In this document: positions 56,883 through 64,000 of the stretch, piece by piece
How the letters are laid out: the number at the start of each line of letters is the position of its first letter
Position numbering within the stretch: position 1 is the stretch's first letter
Source: Limnobacter sp.
GTDB taxonomy: Bacteria; Pseudomonadota; Gammaproteobacteria; Burkholderiales; Burkholderiaceae_B
Length of the DNA: 64,000 nucleotides
Assembly: GCA_029866125.1 (NCBI GenBank)
Contig: JARWZZ010000007.1
Coordinates: forward strand, 341,519-405,518
Reading direction: 5' to 3'
Translations under genes and position numbers: made by a program
Notes under the pieces: generated by a model
The model's input: the letters and a program-made list of their open reading frames with translations, nothing else
Database searches by the model: none
What the model was told of the DNA's origin: nothing

Positions 56883-57254
56883 ATGAACACACGCCAATTC
56901 AACGCCAAGTCTTTCATTGCCACAGCAGCCATCGCGTTTGCCGCCGCAGCACCCACATTTGCTTTTGCATGGGGTACTGGTGAACAAACTGAGCACCCAG
57001 TATTTAGCACCAGTGTAAGCCGCTCTGCACCCTTGAACACGCTGGCATGGGGCCTCGGTGATCAAACTGAGTTTCCTCAATTCAATCCGGTTATCAAGTC
57101 TGAAGGTGAGGCCTTTTCTGGATTGGTCACAGCGAGCGATCGCATGCAAAAGAAAGCCATGGCAACAGCGCTGAATCAGAAAACCCGGATGCAGGTTTTA
57201 GATGAGCTAAAAATGGCAAGTGATTTTGAACGCGCCCAGCAAAATGTAAATTGA
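56883..57254 (+). CDS. Small secreted protein with internal AWGxG(E/D)QTExP repeat, DUF4148-like C-terminus
   Basis: AFA signal peptide; RBS AGGAGA; repeats 26 aa apart; TRMQVLDEL..A. Confidence 0.82.
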   Translation: MNTRQFNAKSFIATAAIAFAAAAPTFAFAWGTGEQTEHPVFSTSVSRSAPLNTLAWGLGDQTEFPQFNPVIKSEGEAFSGLVTASDRMQKKAMATALNQKTRMQVLDELKMASDFERAQQNVN

Positions 57255-57316
57255 GTTCTTAGGTGCTTGGGTCACTGACTGCTGTCAATTGCCAATATCA
57301 ATGTGGCAGCAGTTAC

Positions 57317-57688
57317 TCAAGCCTTCTTGACCTGAAAACCTTGGCCCTTCAGGTTCTCGACCATCTTGTCACAGTGGTCGCCTTGTATTTCAATGACTCC
57401 ATCTTTGACTGTGCCGCCCGATCCGCATGCAGTGCGTAATTGTTTACCCAGTGCAGCCAGTGCGATTGCGTCCAGCGGCAGCCCCTTGATCACCGTAACG
57501 CTTTTGCCCCCACGCCCTTTGGTTTGAAGCGACACGCGCACCTGCCCATCACCCAGTTTATTGGCCTGCGCGGCCTGCTTGCAGCTGCATTGTGCCAGCG
57601 CGTTGCGGCATGTGGGGCATGTACGGCCCACCTCGGTGGAGTACACCAGTCCACCTTTGGGTTGATCGCTTCTCGAGTTAAATTTCAT
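57317..57688 (-). CDS. yciH: Translation initiation factor SUI1/YciH
   Basis: GLVYSTE.GR, KGRGGK.VT.I.GL, CG.GGTVKDG.IEIQGD. Confidence 0.95.
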   Translation of the reverse strand: MKFNSRSDQPKGGLVYSTEVGRTCPTCRNALAQCSCKQAAQANKLGDGQVRVSLQTKGRGGKSVTVIKGLPLDAIALAALGKQLRTACGSGGTVKDGVIEIQGDHCDKMVENLKGQGFQVKKA

Positions 57689-57807
57689 GGTTGGTTTTGC
57701 AGTATTCTTGTTGGGTGCTTAAGCTTAAGGCAATTTAGATGCCTTTGGCAGCCCCCTCATGTGTAGCACTTCTTGAACATTTTCTTCAACCCAACAATTT
57801 AAACACG

Positions 57808-58197
57808 ATGCACTCTTTGTTAACCCCACTCGCTGACCTTGTTTTGGTGTTGCACACGGCAGTGGCTGCATTTGTGGTGTTGGGTTTGCCTGTGATTTGG
57901 ATTGGAAATTGGAAAAGTTGGGTTTGGGTCAATAAGCTTTGGTTTAGGCTGCTGCATTTGGGCACCATTGGCTTTGTGGTTGTTCAATCGCTACTGGGTA
58001 TGGTGTGCCCGCTCACCATTCTTGAGAATTGGCTCCGCACGCTGGCTGGCGGGGAAGGGCCTGGCCCCAGTTTTATTGAGTATTGGTTCACACGGCTTCT
58101 TTTTTACCAAGCGCCCACCGAGGTTTTTACCCTCGCTTACACGCTTTTTGGGCTTGCTGTGGCTTGGACTTGGTGGAAATTTCCGCCGAAGCCGTGA
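57808..58197 (+). CDS. DUF2784 family membrane protein
   Basis: LADLVLVLH..FVV.G, FRLLHL, CPLT.LENWLR. Confidence 0.88.
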   Translation: MHSLLTPLADLVLVLHTAVAAFVVLGLPVIWIGNWKSWVWVNKLWFRLLHLGTIGFVVVQSLLGMVCPLTILENWLRTLAGGEGPGPSFIEYWFTRLLFYQAPTEVFTLAYTLFGLAVAWTWWKFPPKP

Positions 58198-58207
58198 TCG
58201 GTAATTT

Positions 58208-58888
58208 TTAAAGCATCCCCTTCATCATCAACAACTCTTTCAATTGTTCTCGCTTGATCTGGTTGGTCAGGCTTTTAATCAATTCTGATTGGGCATGTCG
58301 CCCCGCAAACTCCGCCATTTCCACTGCCGCTTCGTGGTGTCTAATCATCAGTTCCAAAAACAGACGGTCTTTTGCAGGCCCAGTTCTGGATGACAACTGC
58401 TCAAAATCATTCATGGTAGGGGAGCCAGGCATAAGCCCACCTTCGCTGGCTTTGCAGCGGCTGATGTAGTTCAGGTCTTCAACTGAAATTTGTTTGCTGG
58501 GAAGGTCCACCCAGTCCATGGTGGAGCCCGATGGCACCACAGGTTTTCCCCATGCGGTCAGCCAGCCTTGCATCAAGCCTCGCTCATGGCTTTGCGCAAT
58601 CACTATTACGTGGGTTAACTTTTCGATCTGCGGATCGGCCGAATGTATGGCCAGAGTAGACAATATGATGGCCTCATCATGGTGTTTCATCATGGCCTGT
58701 GCAAAGCCAATGTCCACATCATTGGGGTTTAGTACAAGGTTGTTGTTCGGTTTTAAATAAGAAATAAAGCTCATTGATTGAGCCTGATTAGAAAAATGAC
58801 TCACTCCCAAGCCCACTGAAAGCAAGCTTATTGTGACCAGGCCAGCCACTTGCACTTTACGTTTTATATTCACTTTCAAAGTCATCAT
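58208..58888 (-). CDS. DUF305 (ferritin-like, CopM-type) protein
   Basis: DIGFAQ.M..HH.EAI, MPG, FLELMIRHH..AVEMA. Confidence 0.9.
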   Translation of the reverse strand: MMTLKVNIKRKVQVAGLVTISLLSVGLGVSHFSNQAQSMSFISYLKPNNNLVLNPNDVDIGFAQAMMKHHDEAIILSTLAIHSADPQIEKLTHVIVIAQSHERGLMQGWLTAWGKPVVPSGSTMDWVDLPSKQISVEDLNYISRCKASEGGLMPGSPTMNDFEQLSSRTGPAKDRLFLELMIRHHEAAVEMAEFAGRHAQSELIKSLTNQIKREQLKELLMMKGML

Positions 58889-58892
58889 CTTT

Positions 58893-60395
58893 TCACTTCA
58901 AAGGGTAGGTGCCGGGGGCAAATTCAAGCGCCATAAACCCATTGTCTACGCACACCACCCAAAGCTGTCCATTGGGTTTAAACACAGGGGGAGACGTGCA
59001 CCAATCCGTGCTGAAGTCTGCATTTTGCCCAGCAAGAGGTGAATTGTGTTCAGACCCCTGCAGCTGTAATTTTTTGTTGGCTTGTGCTGGGGGGTTAAAG
59101 TAAGCAAACTCCTGTGGGGCGCTGGGGTTGCGAATATCAAATACACGAATACCTGATTCGAAATACCCGCAGGCCATGGCCGTGGGGTCAATAGGGCTGT
59201 CCAGCGTGCAGTAGTGGGACTCATAACCAAAAAGTCCGTTCCTGCCCAACAGGCCTTCGACCTTGAAATCATTGTCTGATTGGCGAGTTGCAGCCTGACT
59301 GGCTTGGTGAATATCCAGTTTCAGGTGCGATACCATCACTGGTTTTTTCTCATCCTGAATGTCCAGAATACGCACCACACCTGTATCCAACTCGTCTGCC
59401 ACCACCAACAATTGGCGACCGTTTTGTGTAAACGGAATGGTTGATTGGGTGTTGCCCTCAGTGCTCCAGTGCAGGCTACCTACCATCCTAATTTGTGGAT
59501 TGGGTTTGCGCAGCTGAATGTCACTCACATCAAAAATATTCACGCCAGTGGGGTTGATGGATGCAGCGTACATACGTGTGCCATCTGCATTGAACTCAAA
59601 CCCATGATTGGAGTTTGTGGGGGCTGCCATGTAAAGCATTTTTGGCTTTGTTGGGTCTTCCAAACCAATTGCTGCAATGTCTCCTCGTGATGAGGTTACC
59701 CAATAGGTGTTGCCATCAGGAGACCACCCACCTTCATGGCCCAATATGGTTTGTGGAAGTGTGAGATTGCCCGCCAGTTTATTCAGCAACACGGGTTGTT
59801 TGCAGTCTTTGGAAATGTCATACACATCCAAAAATACTGCACCTAAAATTGGCCCCACTGCTGCGCCTGCAAGTAAGCCTCGCTTCTCATTTACCTTCAG
59901 CGATTCCCAAGGCCCGATCGCAAATGCAGGGCTGGTTAGGTTGGTAGCAAACTTGGGATTACGTGGGTCACTTACATCCACAACCTGCACGCCTTGGCGA
60001 GCTTTAAGTGGAATTCCAGAAAAGCTGGTGCCCATGTACGCGCAATCTTTGTAAATGGGATTCACCCAGGTTGCCCCTTCCCCCTGATACTGTCCTATCA
60101 AGCTTAGGTTGCATGAGTAGCCTTGCTGACTTCGACCGCTGTCTCGGTCTTTTTTGCTCACCCGGCCTTGAATATCAGTTTCTGGCTTGTCGGTCGCTTG
60201 GCAATTGTTGGCGCGCGTCACCGATTCATTGGCGGCAATTGGGGCTGCATTCCCGCCCACTCCCGATGAAGCTGTGGAGCCAGACGATCCCCCCAAGCAT
60301 CCGCTTAAAACAAGGCAGGAACTCAAAGCAAATATGCCAAGGCCAACGGGGTTCTTATGCTTCAGAAAGCTGAAAAGCTGCGTGTGATTGTTCAT
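58893..60395 (-). CDS. LVIVD-like beta-propeller lipoprotein, paralogue 3
   Basis: Lipobox LSGC; long identity blocks with 50781-52259 (GQYQGEGATWVNP, STDWCTSPP). Confidence 0.82.
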   Translation of the reverse strand: MNNHTQLFSFLKHKNPVGLGIFALSSCLVLSGCLGGSSGSTASSGVGGNAAPIAANESVTRANNCQATDKPETDIQGRVSKKDRDSGRSQQGYSCNLSLIGQYQGEGATWVNPIYKDCAYMGTSFSGIPLKARQGVQVVDVSDPRNPKFATNLTSPAFAIGPWESLKVNEKRGLLAGAAVGPILGAVFLDVYDISKDCKQPVLLNKLAGNLTLPQTILGHEGGWSPDGNTYWVTSSRGDIAAIGLEDPTKPKMLYMAAPTNSNHGFEFNADGTRMYAASINPTGVNIFDVSDIQLRKPNPQIRMVGSLHWSTEGNTQSTIPFTQNGRQLLVVADELDTGVVRILDIQDEKKPVMVSHLKLDIHQASQAATRQSDNDFKVEGLLGRNGLFGYESHYCTLDSPIDPTAMACGYFESGIRVFDIRNPSAPQEFAYFNPPAQANKKLQLQGSEHNSPLAGQNADFSTDWCTSPPVFKPNGQLWVVCVDNGFMALEFAPGTYPLK

Positions 60396-60653
60396 GTCTT
60401 ATGATTTACAAATGTAATTTTTATGGATGGCAAACTCATCTTGCTCTTTGATTTCATGACAAGTTTTGCCAGTGTCTCGCTTACAGTAAAACCCATTGAC
60501 TCAAGCATGGCAAGGCTATGAGTCATCTTGTTTTGAGATACCGGCATGCGAATTCAATACTGAGTCTCCCCAATTACTTCTGGTTAGACTAAGCAAACAA
60601 GCTGCGTCAAACACAAGGAACGTAAGCTGAAAAAAATACAAAAGGAGACAGAT

Positions 60654-61967
60654 GTGATTGCCAACCCAGACGTTCTATTGTCCAAACCGCTAGATGCGAC
60701 GGATATGTCCAGTACCTACCGCAAAGTCACACTTAGACTGATTCCATTTCTTTTTGTCTGTTACATCGTGGCGTATTTGGATCGCGTCAACGTGGGTTTT
60801 GCCAAGTTGCAAATGCTTTCCCAGTTGCAGTTCAGTGAAACGGTTTATGGACTAGGTGCTGGAATTTTCTTCATCGGTTATTTTATTTTTGAAGTGCCCA
60901 GCAATGTGATGCTTCACAAAATGGGCGCCAAAGTTTGGATTGCACGAATCATGGTGACCTGGGGCATACTGTCCACGCTGATGATGTTTGTGAATTCACC
61001 AGCAACCTTCTATATCCTTCGATTTTTTCTAGGCGCGGCAGAGGCAGGCTTTTTCCCCGGCATCATTCTGTACCTCACTTACTGGTACCCTTCACACCGT
61101 CGCGCCACGGTTGCAGCCTTGTTCCTTACAGCCATTCCAGTGTCTGGTGTCATCGGCGGCCCCTTGTCTGGATGGTTGCTTCAGCGCTTTGATGGGATGG
61201 CCGGATTGGGCGGTTGGCAGTGGATGTTCTTCTTTGAGGGCCTACCTGCAATTGCTTTGGGCTTCTTGGTTCTGGTTTTTTTGGACAACAAAATCAGCGA
61301 TGCCAAATGGCTCAGCGAAAAAGAGAAGCACTATTTGGAAAGCGAGATTGCCAAGGACATCAAGTCCCAAGGTGGTGAAACTTCCATGCGTGAAATGTTT
61401 AAAAATCCACGCGTTTGGCTAATCGCGGTGATCTATTTTTGCTTGATCGCCGGTCTATATGGCATCAGCTTTTGGTTGCCTTCCATCATCCGTTCCACAG
61501 GCGTAACCAGCCCATTGACCATTGGTTTTCTGACCACCATTCCCAATGCGTTTGCAATTGCTGGCCTGATTTACACCAGTCGCAGTTCAGACCGTAAAGG
61601 TGAGCGTCGCTGGCATGTGGCCATTCCCGGACTGATCGGTTGCGTGGGCTTTATTCTCAGTGTGACTTACGGCGCAAGTACTTTCTTAGCCATCTTGAGT
61701 TTGTCCATGGCCATGACCGGTGTGATGAGTGCATTGCCCGCGTTTTGGAGCATTCCAACCGCGTTCTTGAAGGGCAGTGCTGCCGCAGCGGGTATCGCTT
61801 TGATCAACTCCATTGGTAACTTGTCTGGTTTTGCTAGCCCTTATATGGTCGGTTGGGTGAAAGACTTGACCCAAAGCACCAACGTTGCGCTGTATATTTT
61901 GGCTGGCACTTTGTTTGTGGGCTGCATGTTAACCCTGCTGTTGCCTGCCAAAGAAGTCAATCGATAA
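60654..61967 (+). CDS. MFS transporter, anion:cation symporter family (TtuB-like)
   Basis: YLDRVNVGFAKLQM, FEVPSN, GAAEAGFFPG.ILYLT.WYP. Confidence 0.94.
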   Translation: MIANPDVLLSKPLDATDMSSTYRKVTLRLIPFLFVCYIVAYLDRVNVGFAKLQMLSQLQFSETVYGLGAGIFFIGYFIFEVPSNVMLHKMGAKVWIARIMVTWGILSTLMMFVNSPATFYILRFFLGAAEAGFFPGIILYLTYWYPSHRRATVAALFLTAIPVSGVIGGPLSGWLLQRFDGMAGLGGWQWMFFFEGLPAIALGFLVLVFLDNKISDAKWLSEKEKHYLESEIAKDIKSQGGETSMREMFKNPRVWLIAVIYFCLIAGLYGISFWLPSIIRSTGVTSPLTIGFLTTIPNAFAIAGLIYTSRSSDRKGERRWHVAIPGLIGCVGFILSVTYGASTFLAILSLSMAMTGVMSALPAFWSIPTAFLKGSAAAAGIALINSIGNLSGFASPYMVGWVKDLTQSTNVALYILAGTLFVGCMLTLLLPAKEVNR

Positions 61968-62007
61968 CAAGAATCACCTGAGACAACATTTTGTTGAGTA
62001 GCCACAA

Positions 62008-63420
62008 ATGAGTGCTGAATTCGTACAAACCAAAACCGTAGACACTCTGCCCACAGAGTTCGTGAGATTGCTGTCTGATATTCCAGAGATACGATTCAGC
62101 ACGGGTGAGGCCATCTGCCTGCAACACGGGTCGGATGAAAGTTCACTGGCAGGTATGCCCCCACACGGCGTCGCTTTTGTTAAAACACTGGACCAAATCG
62201 TGGCTGTAGTGAAGCTGTGTTATGAGTTCAAGATCCCGGTCATACCCTATGGCGCAGGCACTTCGCTGGAAGGGCAGCTTCAAGCTATTCATGGCGGTGT
62301 GTGCATCGACATGTCGGAAATGAATCAAATTGTTCAGATTCGTCAAGACGACATGGACGTGACCATTCAACCGGGCGTTACCCGCAAGCAATTGAACAAT
62401 GCGCTGCACGGCACGGGTTTGTTTTTCCCGATTGACCCAGGCGCCGATGCTTCAATCGGCGGCATGGCTGCCACCCGTGCCTCGGGTACCAATGCAGTGC
62501 GTTACGGCACCATGCGAGAAAACGTGCTGAATTTGGTGGTTGTACTGGCTGATGGCCGGGTCATCCGCACCGCTGGCCGTGCCCGAAAATCGTCTGCAGG
62601 TTACGACCTCACTCGTTTGTTTGTGGGTTCAGGTGGCACTTTGGGCATTATTGCTGAACTGACCGTGAAGCTGCATCCGTTGCCGGAAGCCGTTTCTTCC
62701 GCTGTGTGTGCATTTCCCACCATGGAAGCAGCAACTCGCACAGTGATTGAAGCGATTCAAATGGGTATTCCATTGGCCCGGGTGGAGTTGGTCGATACTT
62801 TGTCTATCAAGGCTATCAACGCGTACAGCAAAACCACTTTGCCTGAATCACCCGCTTTGTTCTTTGAATTTCATGGTTCTGACACTGCTGTTGCAGAACA
62901 GGCTGAACTGGTGCAGGAATTGGCCTCCAACAACGGGGGTCACAACTTTGAATGGGCGCGCAGGCCAGAAGACAGAAGCCGACTCTGGCAGGCAAGACAC
63001 GACGCCTATTTTGCGGCACTCTCCTTGCGGCCCGGTATGCGGGCTGTCACCACGGATGTGGTGGTGCCGATTTCTTCTTTGGGAAAGTGCATTGATGAAA
63101 CCATTGCTGATTTTGAGGAGTTGGGCCTGGTTGCCCCGATTCTAGGGCATGTGGGCGATGGTAACTTTCATGCGATTATTCTTGTTGACCCCAACAGCGA
63201 TGACGAAACTGAAAGGGCGCAAGAAGCCTCCAGCCGACTCGTCAAACGTGCACTGGCCATGGATGGCAGTTGCACGGGTGAACATGGCATCGGCTTGACC
63301 AAGCAAAAGTACATGAACCTGGAGTTTGGCGAAGACACTGTGGATTTAATGGCCAGTATCAAAATGGCGATTGACCCCCACAATTTGATGAATCCGGGCA
63401 AAATCTTCACTTTAAAATAG
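62008..63420 (+). CDS. FAD-linked oxidase (D-lactate dehydrogenase/GlcD family)
   Basis: GAGTSLEG, FPIDPGADA.IGGM, GHVGDGNFH, TGEHGIG, NLMNPGK. Confidence 0.93.
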   Translation: MSAEFVQTKTVDTLPTEFVRLLSDIPEIRFSTGEAICLQHGSDESSLAGMPPHGVAFVKTLDQIVAVVKLCYEFKIPVIPYGAGTSLEGQLQAIHGGVCIDMSEMNQIVQIRQDDMDVTIQPGVTRKQLNNALHGTGLFFPIDPGADASIGGMAATRASGTNAVRYGTMRENVLNLVVVLADGRVIRTAGRARKSSAGYDLTRLFVGSGGTLGIIAELTVKLHPLPEAVSSAVCAFPTMEAATRTVIEAIQMGIPLARVELVDTLSIKAINAYSKTTLPESPALFFEFHGSDTAVAEQAELVQELASNNGGHNFEWARRPEDRSRLWQARHDAYFAALSLRPGMRAVTTDVVVPISSLGKCIDETIADFEELGLVAPILGHVGDGNFHAIILVDPNSDDETERAQEASSRLVKRALAMDGSCTGEHGIGLTKQKYMNLEFGEDTVDLMASIKMAIDPHNLMNPGKIFTLK

Positions 63421-63478
63421 GGATTTGGCTCTGTGCTATAGTTTCCGCATAACAAGAAATTAAACGGAGACACACAGC

Positions 63479-64000
63479 TTGGAGCTACGCCAATTCAAAT
63501 ATTTTGTGGCAATCGTCGACAGTGGTAGTTTGTCTCGTGCTGCCCAAACCCTTTACATCGCCCAGTCTGCGCTCAGTAAACAAATAGCTGACCTGGAAGG
63601 GGAGTTGGGTACCCAGCTTCTCGACCGCACTCGCAATGGTGTTCGAGTGACGGAAACTGGTCAAATCTTCTACGAATATTCTCAGGCCATTCTCAAGCAA
63701 GTTGAAGACGTCAAAGCCGCTGTAAAAAGCACAGCCAGTCACATTGTGGGGCAGGTCGCAGTGGCTATTCCACAAAGCGTGTCCAACGCATTGGCCTTGC
63801 CATTGAATATTGCGGCGCGGCAAAAGCTGCCTGGAATTACCCTAAACCTGAATGAAGAACTGACCGGCAATTTAATTGATCAGTTGCAACAGGGGCGGGT
63901 GGATTTCATTCTTTTCACCGACAATATTTCGCCCAACAGTTTCAAGGTACGCCCCATTGTTCAAGAAGAATTGTTTCTTATTTCAGCCACCCACAACCCG
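63479..64000 (+). CDS. LysR-family regulator, truncated by the window end
   Basis: TTG start after GGAGA; reads (M)ELRQFKYFVAIVDSGSLSRAAQTLYIAQSALSKQI; missing from the ORF track. Confidence 0.9.
   Translation, partial: MELRQFKYFVAIVDSGSLSRAAQTLYIAQSALSKQIADLEGELGTQLLDRTRNGVRVTETGQIFYEYSQAILKQVEDVKAAVKSTASHIVGQVAVAIPQSVSNALALPLNIAARQKLPGITLNLNEELTGNLIDQLQQGRVDFILFTDNISPNSFKVRPIVQEELFLISATHNP

Noticed and set aside
56724-57149. 384-aa version of the response regulator
   Set aside because: The extension is antisense to the 123-aa secreted gene and spans the operator; the real start is MKLLLIEDE at 56723.
60405-60417. TTACA-AA-TGTAA upstream of propeller 3 as a second CusR-like box
   Set aside because: The spacer is 2 nt rather than 4, so it does not fit the box at 56758. 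It cannot support co-regulation without an experiment.
6889-63473. Many 60-240-aa ORFs nested antisense or out of frame within long genes
   Set aside because: They lie within well-supported genes and show no family motifs; treated as shadow ORFs.
63485-63823. 112-aa minus-strand ORF at the window end
   Set aside because: It is the antisense shadow of the plus-strand LysR gene starting at 63479.
1-64000. CRISPR array, rRNA or IS transposase
   Set aside because: No regularly spaced repeat-spacer series, rRNA-like segment or DDE transposase ORF was seen. The short tandem repeats have no spacers.

Overview
Chromosomal window from a betaproteobacterium, probably Burkholderiales and Limnobacter-like (inferred from gene content, not tested). 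No CRISPR array or rRNA was seen. (1) The first 6.5 kb is a tRNA-Ser(TGA) with an intact-looking 6.4-kb phage-satellite-like island at its 3' end, bounded by a 15-bp direct repeat. It encodes a P4-type integrase, two small orphan ORFs, AlpA, a winged-helix-like protein, a prim-pol/AAA primase-helicase and a lipoprotein cargo gene, but no capsid or terminase genes. Its non-coding DNA holds integrase arm-type repeats, an iteron/palindrome origin candidate, a structured-RNA candidate and a lambda-like cosQ-cosN-IHF packaging-site candidate. This is the most interesting signal in the window. (2) From 6.6 to 34.5 kb the genes are mostly housekeeping or accessory: an NdvB-like GH17-GT2 glucan synthase with a sulfatase-fold partner, an amidase, yggL/S4/yigZ, fatty-acid beta-oxidation genes, a hybrid kinase, and a yybP-ykoY Mn riboswitch ahead of a UPF0016 exporter. 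(3) At 34.7-38.7 kb is an uncharacterised operon: rhodanese, Tes/MJ0619-like radical SAM, DUF547, MauE/DoxX and a chalcone-isomerase-fold protein. (4) At 38.9-49 kb is a DUF1302/DUF1329, acyl-CoA ligase, phbB, two-component, GntP block ending in a deletion-riddled bktB pseudogene. (5) At 49-60.4 kb are three paralogous Cys/His-rich beta-propeller lipoproteins, a large hydrolase lipoprotein, DUF305 and a CusRS-like system. (6) The window ends with an MFS transporter, an FAD oxidase and a truncated LysR gene.
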